Assembly: GCF_003918875.1 (NCBI RefSeq)
Contig: NW_025767651.1
Span: forward strand, 310,001-374,000
Reading direction: 5' to 3'
Source of the DNA: Haliotis rubra
Taxonomy: Eukaryota
Length of the DNA stretch: 64,000 bases
Shown: piece by piece, positions 11,581 through 24,566 of the stretch
Position numbering within the stretch: the first letter of the stretch is position 1
How the letters are laid out: each line of letters starts with the position of its first letter
Notes under the pieces: model-generated
The model's input: the letters and a program-made list of their open reading frames with translations, nothing else
Databases searched by the model: none
What the model was told of the DNA's origin: nothing
Program-made: the position numbers and the translations under genes

Positions 11581-13889
11581 CTGCTGTAACGAAGCAAATA
11601 CTTTGTCCCTGCTTTTTCCTACTTCAGTTATCATTTTGCGATTGTGTCGGACGTCGGAAAACTTGATATTGTCAATGTACAGAAACGCATTTGACATTCC
11701 ACTCGTATAGTATCGCAATGCGTAAAACAACATGCAGTCATACCATCATGCTGTAATTCTCATGGCCAACTAACAAACAGTATATATTTTTGACTGGAAG
11801 GAATTTTGAAAAATCTGTCCCCAAGGCAGGTTTGCTATACGCTTTCCGTCAACAAGTTTGCTTGCTACCATTATTTGCCAAACGACATCTAGCAGTTGCC
11901 AGTATGGTATGTTAAGAACGTCCGAAAAATCATCGTTTATCACAGCAAATGTCATTAAGCACACTGAACAGCTTTAAGGGTGAATCAGCGTTTTCACGTC
12001 AGTTAAATTCTCAACGTTATATTTCATGGAAACAATTTAGAAGAAAATATTTAAAATGATAATTTCCTTTTCAAGAACGTAAAAGAACTGACAATAAAAA
12101 TTCAATCGTACCCATGACATGTGAGCAAAAGGATCCATGAGCGTGTATGATATTCCAAAACTGGATAATGGCATCCACAAACTTTAAGTACAGAAAACCT
12201 GGAATACATTTTTCGAAATGGTGGCGACTTGGTCGGTTTACAAACTTCAGACAGCATAAACACAATCTTTCATATTTTCAACCAAGTTGAGACAGCATCA
12301 TGCCTTAATGACTTGAACAATCACAGCATTTACCAATAAGGCGTCAATGTATCAGTCCGCATGTTTCTGTTATTAGAGTTACCTGCCCTTACTTAGAGGG
12401 CGCTCATCATTTGATCGGCTGCAAACTTGTTGGATAGTGAGTACCAGTTTCTGCTCCACAATGGATAATTACAATGTTGTGGCAGGAAAGGCAAGTGGAA
12501 GTTTTCAAAACATTATTATCAAAGTGTTTTTGTTTATGATATCCGAGCTGTGACATGAAACGAAACCATCTACAAACGGTTGCTTCAAGTATAGATGTAT
12601 ACTTCTGGTTCAAATTCCCACAATGTAAAATCAATTGGCATGTGTGAGAGAGCAGTACTGGCAAGAAATTCGTATCGAAAAGAAATATTAAAATATATAA
12701 ATAAACGCATTATGGTGATCTGAGTCACGTCACGAGTGTAAAAGGTCACGCATAATGGCCGAAGATGAGATAGCTAAAACTGTATAAATGATAATATTTT
12801 TGCATTAAATTGGGGAACATGTTTCTGATGACTTTATCTTTATCCCAGTTAGTTATTTCAATTTTCTAGTGTCCTCTAAAGACAAATATATATATACAGT
12901 TGACAGAAAATTCAATATTTTTACTTAGCTTCAAGAATAATTACTGAAAGTTTGTGATTATTTTCTGATAAGTGATAGTATATAAAAAATATAAACTGAC
13001 TTGAGCTTAGTCAGCAATCGAAGAATATATCTCCCCGTTTTTGTTTTTTATTTAATACATTTTAATTCGAAACTTCTCAACAATAAAAAACAAATCTCCA
13101 TAATACACAACCGATAGTAGGTATCTTATCTCATCTTTGAAAAAAATACATTTACCTCTATTGACACAAATGTACAACATCGAAAACACTGGAAATAATT
13201 TTCTTGCAAATTCGTTTCTTATCCCTGTCTTCAATAGAAATTACTGGGTGAATTTGGTTTTAAGCCGCTTTCGGTAACATTCAGCATTCTCATGGGCACA
13301 TCAGTTTACTCGTGTGAGGAACAGACCCCAGTATTACGGCGAATGCTTCACTATTGGGCTACCTCACCACCCAGATTCCAGAACCAAGTGATATTGGAAA
13401 GAAGCTAAATTAGTAAGAATTGCCTTTGGCTAAACACTGTTGGCTAAACATTGTAGGTTCAGGGGTATAGGACTGAGCGAAATTGGCTGGGTAGTCGGTT
13501 TAGATATGACCCCCTCCACCGACCATCGTTCAGTCTACCCCCATCCCCAAACCAAGAAAAGGAAGAAGCTAAAGTGGATCATAAAGTGATTCATGAAACA
13601 CATAATGAATTACACCCCTCACTGGCCCTCAGGCTGAAATGAGTACATCGTGAAATCCTACAGAATATAGCTTTAGTTTATTTATATGTCATTTCAGAAC
13701 CGTGGAGGACATTGTTCCAAACACTGAATGAAGCTGTTTCTAGACAGAACAATTGTGTTATAATTGTGTCAATAACATATTTAAAATTTTTTTCGATGTT
13801 GTTATGTTTGATTGTCAAAACTTGCAAGAGTTCTATATATGAACTGGGTAATTTGGATGTAAATAATTCACTAATGTTTGTTGTTTCAA

Positions 13890-14067
13890 GCCGCACTTGA
13901 ATATATGGCGACGGTCTATAAATAAATCGAATATGGACCAGACAATCCAGTGATCCACGGCATGAGTATCGACCAAGTCAGCAAACCTGACCACCTGCCG
14001 TTAGTCGCCTCTTACGACAAGCATGGGTTGCTGAAGATCAAATCATAAACCCGGATCTTCACGGGTC
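13890..14067 (-). mobile_element. Family B copy (internally deleted)
   Basis: Head intact to ...cacgggtc. Confidence 0.8.
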
Positions 14068-16172
14068 GAATTCACATGTCGACTTAGCATAATTGTTAAA
14101 TTTTTCTGAGCTTATGATGGATATGTAAATAAAAAGTCATTTATCAGCTCATTGTGTTGGTCTGTGACTTACTGACTAGACTCACGGGTCGCAAGTCACC
14201 TGTCTATATACGTTTGAGGTAAAGTCGCTTTGAACAGTATTTCAGTTTTGTTGCGACGGCGCATCACCTTGTTGAGTGATGACCCCCCACCCCATCCCCT
14301 AAGTGATGGAAGTCATAGTCGGTTTTTTTTCATTTTGCTAAAACTCATGATAGGTGCTTTCAATCAATTTAATATTTAGATTTCTTCTTTGATTTAGGGG
14401 CGGTGGGATATAACCTAGTGGTTAAAGACCCGGCTTCCATTCTCAACATGGGTAAATGTGTAAAGCCCATTCAGGTGTCCCGGGTCGTGATATTGCTGGA
14501 ATATTGTTAATAGTGGCGTAAAACAATACTCACTCACTAACTCTTTGATTCGAATTTGCGACACTCCTGAGTCTCATCACTATACCATCATATTCATAAT
14601 CATAATCATAATTATATCATACGGTAATCTTAACAACCATTGTACATTGACATATTCTACATGTGAAACAGGTCGAGATTCTGACTTAATAGAGGCTCCG
14701 AGAAACCTACGCCATTTGTTAGTTGCTCATTATATTAATCTCTGTATTGTCTGATCAAGGCTCGATCATTTACAGGCCATGGCCATATAGCTGACTTATT
14801 GCAGACTGATGCGCTAAAACAACAAACAATTATAACCTACTGGCAGGTTTGCCATTGTGTAGTGTTAAAGTTATTCCGGGTTCTGCTACTGTACAAACTT
14901 CCCTCACCGGCCACCAATTGAATTGAAATTAGATACTGATAACAACCTCACGTTTATTGCATGGAGTTGTATGCCTCATTATTGACTCACGAAGTATTGC
15001 CTGTCAAACAATTTATTTTACTCTGATTACACAATGGAAGGGCCCAATGTTACATTAAAGAAACTACATAACAACGGTTCACCTGAAATTTGTCATTGAA
15101 AAGATAGTAAGTTGATTTCAAACCTTTACGTTAAGTGTGGGCGAACATATTCAGTGAACTGCTTTGTAAGAGTCAATGGAAACATCCAAGTCCTCGTGGC
15201 AATTTATACCGCTGCTTATGTCCAAATATTTAAAAACCGGTTGACCTAAAATATGTCATTGAAAACAGAGGATGTTAACTTCTAACATTTACATTAGGTG
15301 TAGGAGAATATATTGAGTAAAGGACGTTGAAAGAGTCAGTAGAAACACCTAGTGTCCTCTAAGGATCTTATACCGCTGCATATGCGTAACTCCTTTCTGC
15401 ATCTATAGGCTTTCCTTGCCAAAGAGAGTGTGTGTAGCGCAAACACTTACTGAGTGAACCCGTGTTCTTCTTACTGAGCGCGGAGAGTCTGCAAACCTTG
15501 AAAAGTTTAGTCCCAAGCCCCAAGTCATTACTAGTAGACATTTTGTCAAAAACCTTGTACTGATTCTCGAATTTGAAATATCCCTACGTAATAGTCGTAC
15601 TTTCTATCTTAATGTTTCAAATATACCTTGTATATTTGAACCCGTGACTTCATGTGTCAGTATTTCAAACTGCCTATCGATAAGCTTTCTGGTTGATGCG
15701 GACGTAAAATCATTCGTTTCAATTTAAGGTGATTATCGTGATTTGAAACCTCAGATTAATCAGCCCAATGGATGGGTATTCAACTTGTCAGTGGGACATG
15801 ATCCACTATGACTACAAACGGCCACAGCTAACTGAGTTTGAATATGGAACGATCGTACGATTCATTTATTATTATCATTATTATTATACAACCTGGGTTA
15901 AAATTATCCAAGAAGTAAAGGGGTGCCTGTCCTCAACAATATTGGACGTGTGAGATTATAGATTCGAACCTAGAATTCACATGTCAGACACGATGAGAAA
16001 TTAAGTATAGAAATGGGTGTATTTACATACTGCACTTTTGGAAACGGCTCATTTCTCTATTGAGGGAAATGCAGCATTTAAACTCCGAAATAGCAAAGCT
16101 AGCTTCAAATATATCAAACAAAGCAGAGACCAGATCTTACACTTATACATTAAGAGATATTCTAACAAATGG

Positions 16173-16221
<49 letters not shown>

Positions 16222-16235
16222 CCATCATCAGCATC
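16173..16235. repeat. (ATC)n microsatellite
   Basis: Read directly. Confidence 0.95.
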
Positions 16236-16359
16236 GCAATCAGCATCAATGCAGATTAAATGTTTATAAGGAATAATGATACAATTACTGACGATTTAAC
16301 ATGTGCATATTTCGCATTAATATAGTTGTTTACTGTTAAATATCAGGATGTTGTTGGGT

Positions 16360-16880
16360 TTTGGTTTGTTTGCCGCACTCAGCGATATTCCAGCTATATG
16401 GCGGCGGTCTGTAGATAATCCAGTCTGGACCAGACAATCCAGTGATCAACAGTATGGGCATGATGCATCTATCTATCAGGTCAGAGTGAGTGAGTGTGAG
16501 TTTAGTTTTACGCCGCACGCAGCAATATCCCAGCTATATGGTGGCGGTCTGTAAATAATCGAGTCTGGACCAGACAATCCAGTGATCAACAGCATGAGCA
16601 TCGATCTACGCAATTGGGAACCGATGACATGTGTCAACCAAGTCAGCGAAACTGCCCACCCGATCCCGTTAGTCGCCTCTTACGACAAGCATAGTCGCCT
16701 CTTACGACAAGCATAGTCGCCTTTTATGGCAAGCACATGGCTTGCTGAAGACCTATTCTACCCCGGATCTTCGCGCGTCCTATCAGGTCACAGAGTAGGA
16801 CCAGAGTAGGACCGCCCGATCTCTTTAGTCGTCTCTTACGACAAGCATGGGTTGCTGAACACCAATTCTAACCCGAGTCT
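16360..16880 (-). mobile_element. Compound family B locus (one copy inserted in another)
   Basis: Inner copy ~16484-16779 flanked by ctatcaggtca; outer copy split around it. Confidence 0.8.
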
Positions 16881-17107
16881 TGTTCATGTTGTTGGAATAT
16901 TAGACCGTTGGTCATGAATTGTGAATTTGACGTAACCGTTTAGTGTGCACTGATGTTAGTGAAGCTAAATATGCCCATGTTGTTAGGATCTATGTGTGTA
17001 ATGAGTGATGATATTGTGCATGTATTAAGTGCATTGCAAAAAAAGGGAAACAGTTCGTTAATGGCTGTGTTTCTATACATAATACCTGTAATACATTTAA
17101 GTATAAC

Positions 17108-17270
17108 GGGAGAGATGGGTTAGCCTTGTGGTTCAAGCCTTTGCTCGTCACGCCGAAGACCCGGGTTCGATTCCCCACATGGGTACAATATGTGAAGCCC
17201 ATTTCTGGTGTCCCCTGCTGTGATATTGCTGGAATATTGCTAAAAGCGGCGTAAAACTAAACTCACTCAA
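17108..17270 (+). mobile_element. SINE family A copy
   Basis: Full-length match to family A. Confidence 0.85.
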
Positions 17271-18343
17271 CCATTCTAAGGATAACATGTAATTTATTTA
17301 CTCATTATTGAGTTCACGAAATCACAGGGCTTTCTGAACCAAAGTGTAAATACGAAAATGTATCATGAGTGAAAAAGGAGTGCGAGGTGTTTGAGCAATA
17401 TCACAACACGGAAACTGGGTTCAAACATTGTATCCAGGTGGAAAATTGAACCCAGGCATTCGCGTGACGAGCGAACCCATTAACCACTAGACTGCCCCAC
17501 CGACACTGTGAGATACCAAGATATCAGCTTATTCACAGGCTGTCAAGGACGCAGCTGTATATAACACTCAACTTTTGATAGGGACATTGAAACATTGTAG
17601 ATTCATTCGTGACCAATTCCGGGACAAGCCGAATAGCGAGGTTACGGAAAGGGGCGAGTGGTGACGAATGATTGTAGATTATTACAAACGTTCCAGCAGC
17701 AGTTTTAATCGTATGTTTAATGATCTGGCAGCAGTTTAACAAAACACTGTGTAAACTGATTACCAGTATTTATTTGATAAACGTTTAATTATATATCACT
17801 TATTCATATTAAAAACAGCGATCTATTAACAGTATTTTCAATGACCATTTGATATCAGTATGCTGAAATGATTCGGTTCCGTGGCAATATTTAATTTTAT
17901 GTGTTTAAAAACTTCTGGTGTCACTTTCACACACTTTGAATATCATTATTAAACATGGATGCTGTGAGTAGTTTCTTAAATTACTTTCTTGAGGCGATGT
18001 ACAATCACAACCTTGCTGGTACATACATGTATGTCTGCAGAATCCGGACTAAACGACTGCGGTACATGTATACCCAATAACTATATTAAAATGTTTTCAG
18101 TTATATTCTGTGGTCTCCATAATATCTAATATGTCGTAATCTATTTCCACCGATTGTGGTACATTAATGCATACCCAATAACAACATTGAAATGTTTTCA
18201 GTTATATGCTGTGGTCTCCTGACCTATATAACCTGTTGCAATGATCCATTTCCACATGGTACACGCATTTATACCAAATAAATTAATAAAATAAGATAGT
18301 TTCATTAATATTCTGCAGTTCTGCACAAAATCTACCCAGTTAT

Positions 18344-18515
18344 AGTGAGTGTGTGAGTGAATGAGTTTTGTTTTACGCCGCTTTTAGCAATATTCCAGCA
18401 ATATCACGGCGGGGGACACCAGAAATGGGCTTCACACATTGTACCCATGCGGGGAATCGAACCCGGGTCCTCAGCGCGACGAGCGGCACTTTAACCACTA
18501 GGCTACCCAACCGAT
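18344..18515 (-). mobile_element. SINE family A copy
   Basis: Full-length reverse-complement match. Confidence 0.85.
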
Positions 18516-19034
18516 CCTGCCAAGTTAGAATTAAGTTCCACCTTTGCGCTATCTGTAAGATCAACACACTGTCGTTGATCAAATCTTACAATCAGATCTG
18601 ATTTCATTCAATATATATTCAACTAAACATAATTATCCACAGGGGAATTTCAGTCAGGGAAAACTACACACGTATTTAGCTAGGTGACCTTTCGGTGTTA
18701 CCAGTCCCGGATATGGGCTAATAAGCAGGAACACATGGCCCTAATCGAGGGAGTTATATAGGTATCCACTCTGGAGAGGTGCTGAGGCTTGCATTTACGG
18801 AAATAGGGTCTATGATTGGATAGGGTCTATAGTCACTTCAAAGGGAAAAGGTGTTTCACGGAAAGAACCTAACCTTCGACGTCATAATCCTGAAGCAGCT
18901 AATGATAGCACCTGAAAAGTATATATGACATCAGCAGGTTCATAAAATAACCCCAGAACTGCCTATGTATGTCATTGAATTAATTGAATTCAATGTCGCG
19001 ATGGAGTTGTTTTCTATACATGTCGTGCTGTCTT

Positions 19035-19415
19035 GTTTTGTTGGTTTGTGTTTTAACGCCGCGCTCAGCAATATTTCTATGTGAAGGTAGTCTGTATTAA
19101 ATCATGTCTGACCAGTGTTTGGCATCGATCTACACCATCGAATACGGTGACATTGCACCCGTGATGATCCGAGTTAGAACTGGTCTCCTGCAACCCACGA
19201 TTGTCGTAAGAGGCGACTAACGGGATCGGTTGTCGTAAGAGGCGACTAACGGGATCGGGTGCTCGATGGCTTGGTTGACACGTCATCGTATCCCAATTTC
19301 GTCGATGCTCATGATGATAATCACTGGAATGTCTGGTCCAGACTCGATAATTTACAGACCGCCGTCAAATAGCTGGAATATTTCCAAGTGCGGCGTTACA
19401 CAAACTAACAAACAA
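19035..19415. mobile_element. Two family B pieces in opposite orientation
   Basis: Minus-strand 3' part 19035-19155; plus-strand copy 19158-19415 with a duplicated hairpin segment. Confidence 0.75.
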
Positions 19416-20929
19416 AACTACCAAATATGATATTGTGAAAGATTAAAAGTAGCATGTACCTTCGAAGGTACACCACACGTTTCAACACCCCTTGACTTCA
19501 AGGGACAAAGACTTCTTGTAAATAATGATAAGGTGGACTAAGTTTGTTAAAGGGATTTCTACCACTGCAACCAGTACTTACCATACGACTAGCCTCTCGA
19601 AGATGTATTTCTGTTCTTTTAAATTTCTATAATCTATTTCGCAGTATTTCAGCAAAAAAGCATAAACGGAAAATGCATATGAAGCCAAACAAGAACCATA
19701 TATACATATATAGTCGATGTACTCCATTTTCTGAATGCACAAGATTCCAAAACGAATCCTTCAAAATAATCCATTCATCCCAGAACAAAGGAGCACAACC
19801 GCTGTAGGATATCATAGCATGACGTCGAGAAGAACATCCGGGCATGCTCGTGTCCTCAACAGCCGTAGTATCCATGGTAACGAAGGAAACAACATGGTGG
19901 CATTCAAATGCTTGAACGAAACGCAACAATACAGGCATTCAAAGTACAATCCAGTATTATTCGAAGTAGAATACAGTTGTAAATGGTGGCATTCGTGAGG
20001 AGAGTAAGAGAAAGAAAAACATATATGTTGTTTCATATCAGAAACACCAAAATTGGTCAAATTGTGCTTGGTTTTTATTTTGGAGAATAATGCAAACAGC
20101 AATTATTTGGATCAAATCATAGAGAAACAGTGTTGCCACCAAGCGCTTCTTTTTATTTCTGGTGTTAAATGTGTTTTTTTTCTGAAGATATTTTTCCATG
20201 AAATGTGTGTTAATTTACCGTATATATACAAAAACATGAACGTAAGCACATGGATGGGTTTACGACAATTGGGTAGGGATAACATACTATGTAATAAGAT
20301 AGACTGTCACATAACGTTGTTAACTTCAGTCAAGATACAAGTGTAGTGCTTAACGCAAACACGTGCATGTTTGACTGTGCTTGACGTTAAACGTTAATCC
20401 GAAATGTCAATAAACGGGTTAGAATGCACCAGTTAAAACCGATAGATTCGATGCATGATCATACAATGCACGCCTGTATTGTTCAATAATTGGCCAGGTC
20501 AGCCATAAAAGTCAACTGACTTCATGCACTTCAAGACAACAAGGTAGCTCAAGAATTTCTCGTTTCACTTCATTTCGAAACGAGATTTATCTATGACAAG
20601 AGGTTGAGCAATGAAATGAGAATATGCTGAAATATGTGCTCGCGCAGTAAACAAACAGAACGAAAGAAGAATGCAAAATAACAGTACATGCAATGCAAAA
20701 GAATAAGGATAATTGTCAGTCAGAATTAAAGTTAGATTGTTAACATAACTTGTCTTCAGGAAGGGATGTTTGAATGATAAGTTGTGAATGTGTCTGGAAT
20801 ACTGCACTTTTGAACAAACCAATTTTCCTTGAAATTTACTGTTTGTAATGGATTAAATGACCCAAGGTTTTGTATATTTTGGCCTACTCCGTCATACCAC
20901 AAGCCTCCTGCCGGCCTACGACAATCCAG

Positions 20930-21036
20930 GGCCTAGATTTTCGAATCTCTCTTAGCGCTAAGATAGTCGTAAGTGCTATGCATTAACATTAACTTACGAC
21001 TGTCTTAGCGCTAAGAGAGCTTCGAAAATCAATGCC
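20930..21036. mobile_element. Palindromic PIF/Harbinger-like MITE
   Basis: ~43-bp inverted arms (ggcctagattttcgaa..ctctcttagcgctaagatagtcgtaagt); 3-bp TSD CAG; a decayed relative follows at 21040-21137. Confidence 0.7.
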
Positions 21037-21685
21037 CAGGAGACACTTTCACAAAACTATCTTAGCTCTAGGACAGTCTTAAGTCTGTGTTAGAGTATGG
21101 GACTTACGATCAGCGTGGCCCTAAGATCGCTTGGCCAGGTCAAGACGATGTAATTAGTGTCATGAAGTTACCACTTTCACTTTCACTGGCTCTCTCTGGT
21201 CAATAAACGCCTTCCCAATAAATCACCAGACAAAAAGAAAACAAAAACTGATTGGTTTCCGTATTTGTTTTTTTAGTTGTTTGTTTAATCTGATAAACAA
21301 GGAAAAACTAACGATAGGTGAATTTCTGTCGATGTGAAAACAAACTTCCTAATGAAAAAAAACTTGAATAGTTCATCGGTCAATAAATGATTCTCTGTAT
21401 ACCTCAGCGACGCCAATCTCCTCCACTGTATGTCTGAGTGATACTAAACTACCTCACTCACTCTAGGTTTGTTTGATGCTCTCCAACGGAAACAAGAGAG
21501 TATAACTATAAATAGGTCGCCTACCGAAGGCTCGGTTAAACCATATGTTTTTTACTGTCTGTATTTCGTTTTAATTCGAAAGTCACATTCGGCTGATGAC
21601 AATAAATGTTTATTCAAGACTATACAATCTCAAGACACATTTTAGCTTATTGTAAACTTCTCATGTTGCTTTGAAGTTCTGCAAT

Positions 21686-21845
21686 AAAGTCCGTTTTAAT
21701 GTTGTTATAAAGTCCGTTTTAGTGTCGCTGCGAAGTCCGTTTTAGTGTTGCTACGAAGTCCATTTTAGTGTTGCTACGAAGTCCGTTTTAGTGTTGCTAT
21801 GAAGTCCGTTTTAGTGTTGCTATGAAGTCAATTTTGGTGTTGTTA
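21686..21845. repeat. Minisatellite, 23-bp unit x ~7
   Basis: aagtccgttttagtgttgcta(c/t)g. Confidence 0.9.
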
Positions 21846-22739
21846 TATTAAAAACGTCCGAAACGTGAATGTGTAGAATTTATAGTTTTTAAAAGCTTCA
21901 ATAAGTTTCTAAATTATGCAAATCCTACTGGCCATGATCATACCTTGTACTTTCTTGTTTTTTAGACCTAAAAGTACTTGCTGTTCAGATCTGAATGTAT
22001 TGAGTCATTCCGTTTACCCTCTGGACTTTCCCTCACCTCTAATGGTGTAGATACAGCCAATACCCATACACCGAGATGATGCTTAACATCATGCAGTTAC
22101 AACATGGAACGACAACCAGCATGCGAAGAACTTGAAATGAAGAACAACAGGCACGGGCAAAACAAGATAGATGAGTGTTGACGCAGAACATGCAGAACAG
22201 TTTCAGAACATGAGTGGTAAAGTTGAGGAGGTTCTACTACATCTGTGCATTTGATTAACACAGATTTGTGAACGTTAACACAAACTAAAACGATTTTTTA
22301 ATGTCTCAGTACATTGCATTTGATCAATGCCTAATTGTAGATGTTTGTAAGACAAAGAATACATTAGTTCTACGCTACGCATGTCTGTTTATCACATATG
22401 CGCTGAAAACGAGCGATCACAGCTGCAAAGTCATTAAATCAGCGCAAGTTGAGTCCATCTATAAGACATACTATTTGAAATAGTCTTGAAAGTGTCATAC
22501 ATATGTTCCTACTACATACTTTGCTCAAACAATTGTCAAAGAAAATCCCATACAAGGTGTACACACTCGAACAAGCCATATAGAAATATGTGCGATGGTA
22601 TCAGAGGAAGGTGTATATTTTGTTGACATTCGCCATAAACGGGCGATGAAGAACGGAGTTAAACGATAAGTATTTGGCCGCTAGCTTTAGTATGCAGTTT
22701 GTAACACCTGTATAAGAACCCATGGTACAACATATAACC

Positions 22740-23200
22740 AAGACTCATACTCAAATCTCAGACACTTTAAACGTCAAATATTCCAGGCCAAACGCAAAAC
22801 TCAAATGTGAAAGGTTAAATAATAAACCTCAAATATAAAAGCCCAAACCTTAAACATCAGATATAACAGCCATATCCTGAAACCTCAAATATAATAGCCC
22901 AAGCCATAAACGTCCAATATGACAGGTCAAATTGTGAACGTCAAATATAACAGGCTAAACTTTAACTTCAACAACCCAAGCCTCAAACGTAAACTATAAC
23001 AGCCCGAACTATAAGCGTCGAATAAAACAGGTCCAATGTCAACCTCAACTGTATCAGACCAAACATAACACATCAAACATAACAGCCAACATCTTAAACG
23101 TCCACGATAACAACCCAAAATATTATCTATCTGTGCAAGCTATAAACATTCAACATATCAGTCCAAATTTCAATTCAAATATAAAGGCACAGAGCTCAAA
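22740..23200. repeat. Degenerate ~28-bp tandem repeat
   Basis: Recurring aaac(c/g)tcaaatataacagccc. Confidence 0.7.
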
Positions 23201-23429
23201 CATTCCTGGAAGACGTACCAAGAAAACTCCAGTTATAACAATTTTTATATGTTTCCAAAACGCTTAATTCAAGGCACAACAAATAGTCCCCAGTAGACAA
23301 TAGGCTGCCCCATCTGGTAACCGAACAATCGAATATAAAACCACCATATGATAACCAAATAATTTCTTTAGATTTGCATGAGTAAACCTCGCAACTATTT
23401 GCGGTTTATTTTGGTTTTAGTCGAAGATG

Positions 23430-23810
23430 GACCATTGATGGCCATTACATTGTTGACCATTACATAGATGACCATTACATTGCTGACCATTACATTGTTG
23501 ACCATTATGACCACTACATTGTTGACCACTACATTGTTGACCATTACATTGTTGACCATTACATTGTTGACCATTACATAGATGACCATTACATTGTTGA
23601 CCATTACATTGATGACCATTACATTGTTGACCATTACATTGATGACCATTACATTGTTGACCATTACATTGTTGACCATTACATTGTTGACCAATACATG
23701 ACCATTACATTGTTGACCATTACATTGTTGACATGTACATTGTTGACTATTACATTCATGACCATTTGATTATTGACCACTACATTGGTGACCATGACCA
23801 TTACATTACA
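23430..23810. repeat. Minisatellite, 15-bp unit
   Basis: gaccattacattgtt. Confidence 0.95.
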
Positions 23811-23901
23811 TTTGTTTGCCAACGCACAGCTCTACCACGGATTGCTAGATTGTGTACACCAGAGTACGAAACAAAGTCAACGAGAACCTTGGACTACCCA
23901 C

Positions 23902-24004
23902 CTGCTTAAAAGGCGTCTGAGACTCATTGAACTTCAGCTTGAGGGTCTTGATTCTTGGTGGACGCATATCATCTGGTGTAAGTTGAACCACTTTCTGCAG
24001 CAAT
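23902..24004 (-). CDS. Calponin-like protein, coding exon 3 (CH domain middle)
   Basis: Acceptor gttacag|, phase 2 matches exon 2. (K)LLQKVVQLTPDDMRPPRIKTLKLKFNESQTPFKQ ends in the conserved FKQ. Donor |gtgggt, phase 0. Confidence 0.88.
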
Positions 24005-24435
24005 CTGTAACATATGGTGGATTGTATTAAAGCAAAAATCATTGGAGGAACATTTCAGAATGCATGAAGAAATGATGTCCTCACTTTCAGTCTGATGTTT
24101 ATAAATCAATTATAAACTTTAGCCAAAATAGTGAGGCATCTTTAACTTAGGGCATTTAACTTAAACCTGTGCAAAAATTCCAAAGTTGTAATGTCCGTAG
24201 GAAAACGCGGTTCTTTGGTCTGAGTTGGACCAAGTCCGCTTTGGACCAATTATTTTGGGTTTTCACTGGGACCAAGGATCATAATCAGGACGAATCCGGA
24301 TCCTGGTTATAATGTCCATTATGCTGCACGCGCTTAGAGCATGCCAATGCGGCTTGAAGTGGCCTTATTATTATCATCATCATTATTATTATCTGGGGTC
24401 AGACGGGGTTTGGTGAGACGCTTGTGGTGACCTAC

Positions 24436-24566
24436 TTGACAAGCAACACCCCGCTCCTCAGTGTTTTCTCAACCTGCATGGCACCAGCTCCAATTTCCTC
24501 TCCAATGAGGGCTTTGAACCAGTTCCTCACTTCCAGTTCCGCACCACTGTCATACTTGGCAGCCAC
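24436..24566 (-). CDS. Calponin-like protein, coding exon 2 (CH domain N-part)
   Basis: Acceptor ttgtcgttcag|. VAAKYDSGAELEVRNWFKALIGEEIGAGAMQVEKTLRSGVLLV matches the calponin CH pattern KYD..E..W...L..G.LL. Donor |gtaggt, phase 2. Confidence 0.92.

Noticed and set aside
16720-16729. Perfect CArG box ccttttatgg in calponin intron 3
   Set aside because: Lies within a family B copy; no independent evidence of function.
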